Of a stretch of 64,000 nucleotides of DNA, positions 27,290-39,223 are shown piece after piece. Source of the DNA: the human T2T-CHM13v2.0 reference genome, Homo sapiens. Position 1 is the first letter of the stretch, and every line of letters begins with the position of its first letter. The DNA lies in the NCBI RefSeq assembly GCF_009914755.1, contig NC_060927.1; one strand, 5' to 3'. A model generated the notes under the pieces. It saw nothing but the letters and a program-made list of their open reading frames with translations. It did not search any database and was not told the origin of the DNA. The position numbers were made by a program, and so were the translations under genes.

Positions 27290-27870
27290 CTTCTCACTGA
27301 AATTAAAATAAAACCCAAAACTCTTTTCCACAGCGGGCAGGATATAAACGACCCAGTCCCAGCTACCTACTCATCCTCATCTGCCTCCGCTCTCTCCCTC
27401 ACTATGGGCCCACCACACACATTCTTCTTGCAGTGCCTGCCTCAGAGCTCTTGCACTTACTGTTCTGTCTATCCAGAGAGCTCTTCCCCCAAGACATTCT
27501 CTAGTATATCCATGACAAACTCTCTCACCACTTAGATCTCAGCTCAAATGATACCTGCTCAGAGACAAAAGAGCTAACATTTACTGTACACTTATTCTGA
27601 GGTAAGCACCCCCATCTCTTCCTTTTCCACCTCCACACGTTCTCAATCACATTTTCCTGTTTTATTTTTCATGGTAATCATAAGTATCAAAAATTGTCTT
27701 AATTATTTATCTGCTTACTTTAATATTATCTGTCTGGTCCTCCATCGCCCTTCTATAATGAGACCACATCTGAGAGGTGAAGACCTTACCTGTTTTCCCC
27801 AATATATCTACATCCCCCGCTCAGTGTTTGGACATTGTATGATATCAGCAAAAATTAAAATGATTGATTG
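27290..27870 (+). mobile_element. L2 3' region carrying a 43-bp foreign insert
   Basis: CTTGCACTTACTGTTC..AGATCTCAGCTCAAATGATACCTGCTCAGAG L2 motifs. Confidence 0.65.
27567..27609 (+). repeat. 43-bp direct copy of 24251-24293
   Basis: AAAA(C/G)AGC(A/T)AACA(C/T)TTACTGTACACTTATTCTGAGGTAAGCAC; 40/43 identical, last 29 bp exact. Confidence 0.9.
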
Positions 27871-29396
27871 AACCAATATTGCAGTACTTGTTACATTTCT
27901 CAGAATTAATTACAGACCTGTTTCTCAGGATGAACTATAAGATCTTCCCAGATAAAGACTGAGTCTTCTTCATCTCTGTGCCCTCTTGCCCATACAGTGC
28001 CTGGCTTATGGTAAGATTTTCAACAAATGTTTATTGACGTGAATTCTATTTAGCTGTAGGCTCTTTCTTTATGAACTGCTAGGCAGGCAGGCTGTATCTA
28101 GAGAAAGCTATTTTCTTAAATGATTTCAAATCAGATTTCATAAGATGATAATAGCTAGAATAAAAAGTCCTTCCCATGAAAGCTCTGAAAACAGTGCAAA
28201 CATTCTTAAACATTTATAGCCCTAAAATTTCTTTTGCCTAGCATTTGTCTCCAACAGCGTTAATAAATGTGGCTAGGAAGTTCATCCAAGCTATCAACAG
28301 ATGAGCTAGGAGCTCAAAGCAAGGGGCTGCTCCTGGACATTCCGTCTTGATGAAGGGCAAGACAATGAGAGCCATCACCCAAAAAACAGCCTCCAAGGAA
28401 ACTAAACAAATATCTCCTCTGGTAAAAAATAAATAGTTCAGCTGGGGAACTGTAATTGTGTGTATAATGCAGCTCAGATATAGGGCATAATTACACTCTA
28501 GAATCCATACAGTAATAAAAAGCTCCAGTCAGGGAAAAGAATGCTTGTTTGCCATGGTTTGACAGGCAAGCAACAAACAAGAACCACTTTTTCACCTTTT
28601 ATTCAATAAAATCAGCATATTAAATATTCAGACTGTCTCTATTAAGCAATTCACTTCTACCTCTCCTCCTTCCTTCCTCCCTCCCCCCTCCCCACCTCTT
28701 CTTGTTTCGTTTTCATCAAGTCAGGGAGGGGAAAATATAAAACTGAGCCCGTGATATGATTTTTAATGAAGCCACTGCTCAGAGGTTCTACTGCATTCAG
28801 GAGCTGCCTCTGTAGTCCACAGGGGTTCAGGATCTGGCACCCTGGGACGGGGGCTGTTTCAGAGACACCTGAGACAGCAGGCAAACCACCATTTTCAATC
28901 AAGGATAATAAGGACGTTTTACTGAGGAGAGAGGAGCAGATAGAAGCAGGGAAAAGGAATCAGCTTCCCCCTACTACACAGGCCAATAAGGAAAGGTACC
29001 TGGCCTGACAATATATTTAACTGGATGCTATGAGTTGTGAACTGTGGCTAATGAAACAGCTGAAAACACCACATGGAATAAAAGAGCCAGGGCAAAGGAG
29101 AGAAAGGTTAAAAGGCTGGCGAACTACATTAGAATGATTAAGTGAGAAAATGGCATGCATTGTGAACACAATTGACTAATCTCTGAAAGACACTGAGAGG
29201 GGATTAGAATATTTTCTTGGACAACCAAACTGCTGCCTGCCTTTTTCTTTTCCTCCCATTTGGAAGAAAGTTTGGACCTCTCCATTTTAATGTTCCTCAG
29301 AAAGAAGAGGTTACAAATGGACAAGAGGAAGAAGGGACTCTGGGAATGTCACTTTCTCCCAAATGAAGTGGGGGAAATGCCATTATTCTTTCACAG

Positions 29397-29454
29397 CCCT
29401 GGAAGCATCAACAAGCCTTAACCCTGATTCTGCCTTTGATGTCGACAAGCAGAG
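29397..29454 (+). other. Candidate 58-nt exon
   Basis: Acceptor ATTATTCTTTCACAG|C, donor GAG|GTAACG; lies in a repeat-poor block. Confidence 0.25.
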
Positions 29455-30349
29455 GTAACGGACATCTAGCAGGCGGGGCCATGAGAGGCCGGTCCTTTCT
29501 AGCAGAGAAGGGATGAGGTCAACAGTAATGAGCAACAGTGAGGTGGAATGCAAATTGCAAAAATTTATGAAGTTGTTTCTGCTCAGTGAGCAGATTCCAG
29601 ATAAGTGGAGTGTTAATAAGGCAGGCGAGTTTTTCAGCAGTGCCAGCTGTTAGGAAGATGCTGGCATACTCTTAACCCGGTATTTATTGGATGCTGCTCA
29701 TTGCTGTGACAGCACACACGTACACAAGTATGTTTATTCACAACATGCATAATCACGTTGTCACAACACAGATGCTCATCAGTGGCCCGTCTCACAAGCA
29801 GAGGTGTATATCGAAAACTCAAGTCCTTAAGGAAAACCTTGTGGAAGAACTCCCTTTCACTGAAAGTAATAGATCCCTCCAGGCTGCCCCATAATGGACT
29901 ATGACTTCTGTGAGGAAAGGGGCATAAAGAAAGGACTTGGTCTCCGTTTTACGCAGAGCAGAGCCTCATAAGGAATTCATACTGCACAAGCTGAGTAATT
30001 TGGTTGCAGTGTCCTGTAAATTTGGGAAGGTATAACCAAACAGTTATTACATGTGATTGCAGGGCTTTAAGGAGCTTTAATGGTCTCTGAGCACCCTGTG
30101 CAAATGTATCTTGTAGAATTAGTGGCAATAGAAAAACCAGGACGCTCGGTGACAAACTGAGCTCCTTCGAATGCACTTGAATATGTATGTAAGCTGCTGA
30201 AGATTCTGTAATATGAAACAAAATGGCTCTTTGCATGCACTTAAAGAACAACAGGAAAACTGGCTGAGAAGACTGGAAAAGCTATAGGATTTTTAAAAAT
30301 GGAAAGTGAATTTTATTCAAGAAGATCATTTATGATTAGTCAGGGAGGA

Positions 30350-30545
30350 GTAGATGACAACGTTTAGTGCTGACCAGGTGCCAACTACACTACACACTCA
30401 CTTTTGGAAACCCTCCCACTACCTCATTCTACAGAGAAGGAAACAGACCCCAGAAAGGTTAAGAGGTGCCCAAACTCATAGCAACTTAGGAAGCAACAGG
30501 GCTGAAACTCAGCCATGGCTCTGGCTGAATGTCAAGCCTTGCTCC
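30350..30545 (-). mobile_element. MIR
   Basis: CCTCATTCTACAGAGAAGGAAACAGACCCCAGAAAGGTTAAG. Confidence 0.7.
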
Positions 30546-31119
30546 TCCGAGTGCTTGCTCCAAACTGTCTCAGGTGAAGAAGGGATTTATTGAAGAGCCA
30601 GGCTGGAATCCTGAATGTCAGTGGGCTGAGTTTGAGAAGCCAGAAATACGTTCAGACTGAACAAGAGTACCAGAAAAACGCTGCCTCAAAGATGAATTCG
30701 TGATATAAATTCTATGAGGTATGACTATAAACTGAAGTCAAGAGACTGACTTCTCGAGCTGTGTCTGATAGCCAGGCTCAATGCATTATAGCCACATGTT
30801 CACCTGGCTGTGGTACATCATTTATGAATGCAGCCTGCATCCGAATAACCCCACACACCCCAGCAGCGGCCATTCCAGGCCTTCCATTCTCTGTTGTCCT
30901 ACCTGAGAAGAACTCAACTTATCTCTTGTTCCATTCTCTCCTTTCCTTTCAACATTTCTTTGTCCTGATCTTTTCAAGTTTCATACTTCCTAGAACTATT
31001 TGACATTGGTGAAGATTGCTAGAAATTAAAAACTGAATCCCAAAAGAATGACTCTCTGTTAGTGAAATGATGAGCATAGTTGCGGGTACAGCTCCACGTG
31101 TGGGAGAAGCAGTGGATAT

Positions 31120-31300
31120 AAACTCTAGTTTTGGCTACATTGCTGTTGTACTGTGTGGTCTTGGGTAAGTCACTCAGTCTCTCTGGGCTTTCATTTCCTC
31201 AGCTATAAAAGAAAGAGTTTGGACTAGAATTGTGTGTTTTGCAAACAGGTTCACTGCTCTCTCAGGGACATATAGAAATATGAAGGGTGGAACAATTTTG
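31120..31300 (+). repeat. 181-bp dispersed direct repeat, copy 1 (MIR core plus flank)
   Basis: Ungapped alignment to 32447-32627 with 13 mismatches by manual count. Confidence 0.95.
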
Positions 31301-32446
31301 GGTCATTATGATAAGCAGGGAAAAACTGCATTGCCTCAAATGCCTATGACCCCTGTTGAGGAACACAGGTCAGGATCCTTTTTAATTCCCTCTCCATTCT
31401 GACATTCTATCGATCCACCATGGGAAGCACTGTTGGATAGCAGTGTCTTTCTTACACTCCTCCCAATCTTATCAGGTGGCATCCAAAAGGCAAGGCTTTC
31501 TATTGTTTGCTATGGTCTAAAATCAGGACAGAATATTTAAAATCAGACTCTGGTCCAATATACATCCAGGACACAATCATCTCAGAAATCCAGAAGGTAA
31601 TCCTTTTCCAGATAGCCACTGCTGCTGCTGCTTAACATTATTCTCTGCAGTCATCTCTCTGACTTCTCTGTTTCCTAGTCTCCTTTCTGTGGATCCTTTC
31701 ATGTTTATTAACTGCTTTCTTTGAACATTTGCAATCATTATAAATGGCAAAAGAAAAAAAAATGTCTCCTGGGTTTTTCAGGAGAAAACAGGCAGATCCT
31801 CAAGTTTTGGTGCCTTCTAGGTCTTTCTGAGCCTACAGTGTCTGACATACAAGTGTCTCCTTACAGGAAAGAAAGAAAGAGAGCATGTGTGTGCTACAGA
31901 ACAAGGCAGAGCAGATACATACTTTCCAGTCAACTCCAGGCACATTTATTCAGCAAACTTCCTCCTAGCTTCTTCACTTACTGCTGCCAGTGAAACCAAA
32001 TTAATGATCTAGCCAAAATCTTACACTCTCAGAATCATAATTATGTTAATGTTTTTCTCAAAGCCATCTTTTGATTCACTGTATTTACATAAATTTTCAA
32101 GTTATTTTTTTTTTCCTCACTCAATCCTTTTAATTTACCACTCCTCCTGGTGATGATGGCATTCCTGATCATCTACATTTCTTACCAGCTGGTTCTTATT
32201 TCTTTTCTTTTCTCTGGGATTTTCCCTTCAACTACTGTGTGCCCTAAACCCAGAATATGTCTACAAAATCCTTAACATCTACTCATTTTCAGGAGCCCCT
32301 TGGGAGTGGGCACTGACCTCCTTAGTCTAAACCTTGCTCACAGCAGCATCCTAATTTATCTAGGCCTATCTAGAAGGCTAAGGAGAGAGCTTCCCCTCAG
32401 GAATCTATGGGAAAGATTTTTCTAATGGAAGAGTGGCATTCAAACT

Positions 32447-32627
32447 AAATTCTAGTTTTGGCTGCACTGCTGTTGTACTGTGTGGTCTTGGGCAAGTCAC
32501 TCAGCCTCTTTGGGCTCTCATTTCCTCAGCCATAAAAGAAAGAGGTTGGACTAGAATTGTGTGTTTTGTAAACAAGTTCACTGCTCTCTCAGAGACATAT
32601 AGAAATATGAAGGGTGGAGCAATTTTG
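32447..32627 (+). repeat. 181-bp dispersed direct repeat, copy 2
   Basis: About 93% identical to 31120-31300. Confidence 0.95.
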
Positions 32628-34329
32628 TGAGGGTCACAGTTGGGAAAGGGATAGAAATTGCTTGACAATTTCTTCTGACCTGGCTTTTCCTCTCAGCGTC
32701 CTGGCCAGAGAGGAAAAATAAGTAAGAAATGGCTTTCAAATATCTATCTGAGACAAGGGTACCAGGCATCATTGCCAAAGCCCAATGCATAAGATAATTC
32801 TAGCGGACCAATAAACAACTTGGACCAGCCTCCATCTGGTCCGGAAGAGAAAATAACAGGAGAAAACATGATCTAATAGCGCAGCAGCACATTTAGGGGC
32901 ATATGGGACTTCATGGCCAACTTCGTAAACAATAAATATCCCAAGAGTCAGTGCACTGGACTTGGACCCTTTAGTTAAAATTCCAAATGGGGCGGCCTAG
33001 AGGGAAAGCACTTGTGATCCTTAGAAAATTAAGAGCTTCAAGTGTTAGAGGCCACTTAGAATGATGAGGCCTTGATGAGACATCTCAGAGGTCATTTCAC
33101 CAAAGAGCAGGTTTCAAGGAGAACAATATCTAAGCCATCACCATCACATAGAGTAAGTTTCTCTCACTAAATATCTTCATAAAAGATTCCTCAACTCACC
33201 TTAACACTCATTAAGATCTTCTGAAAATCTAACAGAAAATTCTCCCTCTAACTAAAATTCTTTTTGTTGCCCCCCAAATCCATTTATAAAGGACCCCTTG
33301 GTTGCTCAAAAACAACTCCATTACAGTCTGCCTAATGATAGAAATGTTCTCCTTTCCCTAAAGGGTCTTTTATTCACCAACCTGGGCTTCCATATTTCTT
33401 GGTACAAAAAGATAGAATGGTATTAGTGGGTATGCCCATAATCATATATACATTATCTTGCTACAGGAATCACAGGACCAGAAAGGCAGAGGGCCACTTG
33501 GAGTAGGAGTGAGGATGGGATGAAGTTAAAGTGCCATGAAGAAAATCAAGTTTGAATTCAGAGTTAACATTCCAGTTTGGTTTAGCCAATTAAGGCATAT
33601 TTGTTTTACTGAGAAATTTTAGAAAAATCAAAGACTGACTCACCATTACCTCAAGCAATGTTATAACTGAGCCATCATAATTGTGAACACTAAAAATGAC
33701 TCATTTCTGGATTTCCTAGAACTTCATTCTATCAATTGTTTACTATGTAAAAACATAGACTTTTTAGTTGGAATAGAGATTATTTCATTTAGGGTCCTCC
33801 CCTACAGATGAATCTAACTACATTCCCAATACATGGGCCTGTAAACCTCAGCTAGAACAAGTTCAGGGATCAGGTAACTAATTCCATCCCAGAATAAATT
33901 TAGTGGTCAAAAAAAAAATCTCTGTGATCTTGAGTTCAAATGTTTTTCCTCGAAATTTCTACCATGGGCCTTGGCACTTCTGAAACAACATTAATACATA
34001 CATATCCTCTGACTCCGGAGAGCCTGTCAAATTTTTAAAAAACAGATGTCACATTCCTCATAAGACACTTTTGGAAAATCGTCCCTTAGTGCTACAATCA
34101 TTTCTCATATTTCGTTATTTCAAGAGTCTTCATTATTCCATTTAGCACTCTTTAGACAGATATCTGGAACAAAATGCAGTACTCCAAGACCGTGGACATT
34201 ATATCTCAGTCAATACAATCAAACACTGTATCATTTGTGATACAGTCAATTTTCTATGCTTAGTTCATTTCTTTTTTTACTAGTACATATAAAGTTATCA
34301 TAAAAAGTTAGTTGGTAATGAAAAAGTAA

Positions 34330-35170
34330 TTTTCAGAATGAGAAACGCGAATGACCATGAATCAAACAAAATTAGATGTTCAACCTCATTACTAAGCAGG
34401 AAAATGCAAATTAAAACAAAAATGAAATATCATTTCACACTCATCAGATTGGCAAATTTTAAAAGTCTAATGATAGAAGTATTGGCAAGCATGTGGAAAA
34501 ATAGGAATTCATATACTGCCAGTGGAAGTACAAATTGGTTTAACCACTTTGGAAAGAAATTTCGCAACATATAATATTGAAGATGCACACAACCTACAAC
34601 CCAGAATTTATATTTCTACAAAGTTTATTACAGAAACTCACACATGCTCACAGCGAATTATGCCCATGATGTAATTACAACATTGTAATTGCAAAAAGGG
34701 GAGACAGGAAAGAAAATAAGTTCTTTCAATGGCAAAGGGTTAAATGCATTGTTATACCTATGCAGAGAAATACTGCATTTAAAATGAACGGAACATGAAT
34801 AAATCCTGAAAACATAATATTGAGTGAAAAAAGTTGTAGATGAATATGTATACTATAATATTTATATATTTTAAAACACACTGAACAATTTTAAGCATTA
34901 CTTGTAGTCAAATGTGTGTCTATATAGGATATATATGTGTATATATCCTATTTTAATCTTTGCCTCTAGAAAGGAGAAGGAGGAAGATGAACAAGATCAA
35001 GAAAAAAGTATTCTAATGTCTCTGTAACATTTTATACCCATAAAAATACTGATGTAAGTATGGCAAAATATTAATATCATTGAATTTGGATGGTATGGTT
35101 GTCTGTTGTAGTCTTAACTTTTAGTTTGTTTAAAAATATTTCATGTTTTCAAATAAACTATAAAACAATG
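34330..35170 (+). mobile_element. L1ME-type 3' fragment
   Basis: ORF2 C-terminal remnant CSTSL..RKMQIKTKMKYHFT.IRLA followed by a degenerate 3' UTR. Confidence 0.7.
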
Positions 35171-37388
35171 CAAAATTTGGAAACTAGTTTAAAAGTGTAA
35201 TAAATAAATGAATTATTACATAAAGGATAATATTGTCAACATTGTTTTATTTTGATCCAGATTTTTTTATATTTTGTTTTGAAATAACTATCGTCTTATA
35301 TAAAACCTGCAAAAATAGTAGGAAGTGTTTATGTATACCCTTCACCCAGTTTTCCCTAATGTCAAAAATTTACATAACCTTAGTGCAATTATCAAAATCA
35401 GGAAGTTAACATTGGTACAATATCATCAATACAACTATAGACCTTATTTGAATTTCTCCAGTTTTTTCTCTACTGCCCTTATACTATTCCAGGATGCTAC
35501 ACTTCATTTAGTTATTGTATCTCCTTAGTCTCATCCAATCTGTGACAGTTCTTCAATCTTTATCTTTCTTGGCTTTATACTTTTCATCAGAAGGCTTCTC
35601 AATTTGGATTCTCTAGCCTTTTCTAATGATTAGATTGAAATTATGCCTTTTTTGATGATAGTACCACAGAAATGATGCTGGATCCTGCTCGGTGCATCAT
35701 TTCAGGGGATACATGATATTAATAGTCTTATTACTGGTAATGGCAACCTTGATCACTTAGGTTAAGGTGATACCTGTTTTCCCTGTAAAATTACTATCCC
35801 CAACTTTGTAATTGATAAATATCTTGGATAAGATACTTTAAGACTACTAACATCGTGTTTCCTCTCAAACCTCACCCACTGATGGTGGCAACTATCAGTA
35901 GATTTCATCTGCAACAATTATTACTGTGATATGTGCCTAATGGTCATTTAATTTTAAAACTTCCTCATTCCTTCTATATTTATTAATTGGAATTCCTCTG
36001 TAAGGAAGGGCTGCCACTTATCTCACATTTATTTATGTATTGAATTATAGGTTTATATCAATATGATTCCATATTTATTTTATTCTATGAGTTATAATCC
36101 CATACTATCATTATTTATTTTATCAGCCAAATTTTTTCAGCTTTGGCCAGTGGGAGTTCCTTGAGGTTGGCGCCTGTGTTCTTCGGACATGCTTTCCATC
36201 ACTTTTCAAACAGTTCTGGTACTACAACGCTCATCTTCTATTTTCCCTGACCCTTCCCTGGAATCAAATGCTCATTTGCTGAACTCTGGTTTCTTTTATT
36301 GAAAAATGGCATTTAGAAAACTAGCATCATCGTGTTGGTTGTCCTGTGCCTATGAAAGTTTGCAGTGGGTAGAGAGCAGATTAATCTTAGACCCTCTCAG
36401 CAGACAGAGCTTAGAAATGCATGAATGTACAATAACTTGTGCATACACGCCTATGAATATTTATTATCTGTCCCCATATATATTAAGCCTACTGTATGTG
36501 TGAGCTACATACTCTAATGTGACACCATAATGTCCATTCTGTTCTAGCTTCAGGCCCTTGCCCGTTCCTTATTTGTTACTTCTTTCTCCAACAGTAAGAT
36601 GATACTGGCTCTCATTAACTACAATATAGTCACTAATTTGTTCAGTCTTAGGACACATATAAAATAGCTACAAAATTGCTAAAACATATCTCCTCCTCCA
36701 CATGAAAAACAGATTTACTAGAGTATAGTATTTGTGTACGATTTTTTTGTCTTTAGCCTTATAGTATCCAGTCAAAATACTACTTTCCAAAGTTACTTAT
36801 TTTCCTTCCCATCCCATCCACTGTGGTTATATTATTTGTTTGTAATACAGCTAAGTTCATTTGTCGATGTATTTATTTTGTAATTTTCCCACATCCTGGT
36901 TGATTTTAATTATTTGTGGGGAGGGTGAGTGGAAATGTGAAATATTACCATGGTATGTCAAAGCTAAACAAAAAGGTATATTCAGGAAAGTGCTTTATCC
37001 CTACTGTCTCATTTCCATTAGTCCTTTCTTTATAACCCTTTTCCAATCCACTCCCTGTAGGTAACTATTAATAATTTCTACCTCCACTTTCCTATGGTTT
37101 TGTTTGTTTTAGAGTGTGTAGGGGTGCATTTATATGTGTGTGTGCACAAATGCACAGGTATGAGTATTTTGTTAAGTCGTCTTCTTCCTAATATTAAAAG
37201 TAGTAAACTGGCTGGTTTTTGTGTTTTTGTTTCTTGTATTTGTATTGTTTTGTTTTGTTTGGATGTTATCGTTACTTTGGGGTTTTTTTCACTTTGCTGA
37301 GTTCAACTAACCATATGTTCTACAAAAATCAATTTATAGATAATTTCCCTTTTTTAAACAGCTATATAGTGCTTCATTGTATGGATAT

Positions 37389-37840
37389 TGTTGGGGATGT
37401 TTGCATTTCTTCACATCTTTTGAGCAAGACACTGACTGCCCTTTGTTCCAGACTATCTTTTCAGGCATATTTGTATAGCCAACAGTCTTGAAATATAGAG
37501 ATAGCATCTTCCTCAGAACAAAGGGCAGGCATGTTTACTGTCTAATATCAAAGATACGCACTCTCTAATCTCAGAATTCCTCAATCGTACAGGAAGTCAA
37601 TCATTGTACAGACAGATTATATGAAGGTGTATCTGCCACTATTTGCTTTACCCTGTGGGAATTGGGGCTGATAAAACTGGTGCCAAAAATGGCATACTTT
37701 GGCTACATTTACTCTAGGTAATAAACTTTCCTTCATCTCTGACCTAGGAGTCTCACGCCTTCTGTTAGATTCTACAAAACTGTGACAGTGTTTTGACTTG
37801 CAGATAGGGTAAAATTTCAGACACTTCACAGTTCTTGACA
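37389..37840 (+). mobile_element. LTR40-family ERVL solo LTR
   Basis: TGTTGGGGA..CACTGACTGCCCTTTGTTCCAGACTATCTTTTCA..CACAGTTCTTGACA; TSD GATAT 37384-37388 / GATGT 37841-37845. Confidence 0.8.
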
Positions 37841-37962
37841 GATGTGTCATAATTTATTTAACCACTATCCTATATATGGGCATTTAGGTACCACAGTTCC
37901 ACAGTTTAATGGCTGCTGATAGAGGACATGAGACCCATAGATTAGAGACAAAGGACTTTATT

Positions 37963-37971
37963 ATGTGTGTG

Positions 37972-38010
<39 letters not shown>

Positions 38011-38035
38011 CTATGTGGATATATATACATACATA
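37963..38035. repeat. (TG)n/(TA)n microsatellite
   Basis: Seen directly in the sequence. Confidence 0.95.
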
Positions 38036-38279
38036 TCCAAGAATAATAAATCACTATTGTTTTAATTTGCATTTCTCTATTAATGAGTTTGAACATATTT
38101 ATATGATTAGGAGATATATATACTTTTTGGTGAGTTATCTGTTTATGCATTTTCCCATTTTTCTATTTTTTCCCCTTTGTCAAGTTTTAAAAGATCTTCA
38201 TATACTGGGAATATTAACTTATGTCCGTGGTATGTGTTGTAAATGTTTTTACCCAATCAGTTGTCTTTTAACTTTGATT

Positions 38280-38372
38280 GTTTAAATTTTTCTCATTTCT
38301 AATTTTTGTGGGTACATAGTAGACATGTGTATTTATGAGATACATGAGATGTTTTGGTACAGGCATGCAATG
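38280..38372 (-). mobile_element. Very short (about 90 bp) L1PB/L1MA 3'-end insertion
   Basis: AATTTTTGTGGGTACATAGTAG..TACAGGCATGCAATG; TSD TGTCTTTTAACTTTGATT 38262-38279 / TGTCTTTTAGCTTTGTTT 38373-38390. Confidence 0.75.
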
Positions 38373-38565
38373 TGTCTTTTAGCTTTGTTTTTAGTGTTCT
38401 GACATGCATTTTTACATTTTTATGTAGACAAATTGATCAGTCTTATTTTCTTGCCGCTGAATTTTGAGAGATAGTTAGAAATCCCTTTTGCACACCAAGA
38501 TTATAAAGGAATTTGTCTATATTTTCTTCTAATACTTGCATGGTTATTTTTTTGTGTTTAGATTC

Positions 38566-39223
38566 TGTTTTAGTCAGAGTTCTCCAGAGAGGCAGAAATG
38601 ATAGGATATATTTAGAGAAAGAGATATATATGACAAGGGATTTATTAGGGAAATTGGCTCATTTGATTATGGAGGCTGAGAAGTCCATAACATGTCACCT
38701 GCAAGCTGGAGAACCAGGGAAGCCAGCAGTGTGGCTCAGTCCATGTTCAAAGGCATTGGAACCAGAGAAGCCACTGGTGTAATTCTGAGTCTGAGGCCAA
38801 AGGCCGGAGAACCCTTGTGCAAGTCCCAGAGTCCATAAGTCAGAGAATGTGGAGTTGACCTATAAAAGGGCAGGAGGAGCGGGCATCCTGGCTCTGGAAG
38901 AGAGAGCGAGAATTAGCCCTTTCTCCTCCTTGTTTTTCCATCTGGGTCCACAGCTGATTGGATGGTTACGGTCCACACTGAGGCTAGATTTTCCCCCATT
39001 CAGTCCACTGGCACAAATGCCAATCTCCTTCAGAAATACCCTCACAGACACACATCTAGAGCAGACCAATCTTTCTGTCAAATGCCAAAGCACCTGGGTT
39101 TCCTGTCCAGCAGGAGAGGGATGCGTTCAGTGCCTACTGAAGCATTGAGAATAATCAGTGCTTTACCAGCTATCTATATATCCTTTAATCTAGTCAAGTT
39201 GACACCCAAAACTGATCATCACA
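38566..39223 (-). mobile_element. MLT2C-like ERVL solo LTR
   Basis: TGTTTTAGTCAGAGTTCTCCAGAGA..TATGGAGGCTGAGAAGTCC..CTAGTCAAGTTGACACCCAAAACTGATCATCACA. Confidence 0.85.

Noticed and set aside
34924-34951. 12-bp perfect inverted repeat ATAGGATATATA-tgtg-TATATATCCTAT
   Set aside because: Mostly self-complementary (TA)n inside an old L1 3' UTR; low information
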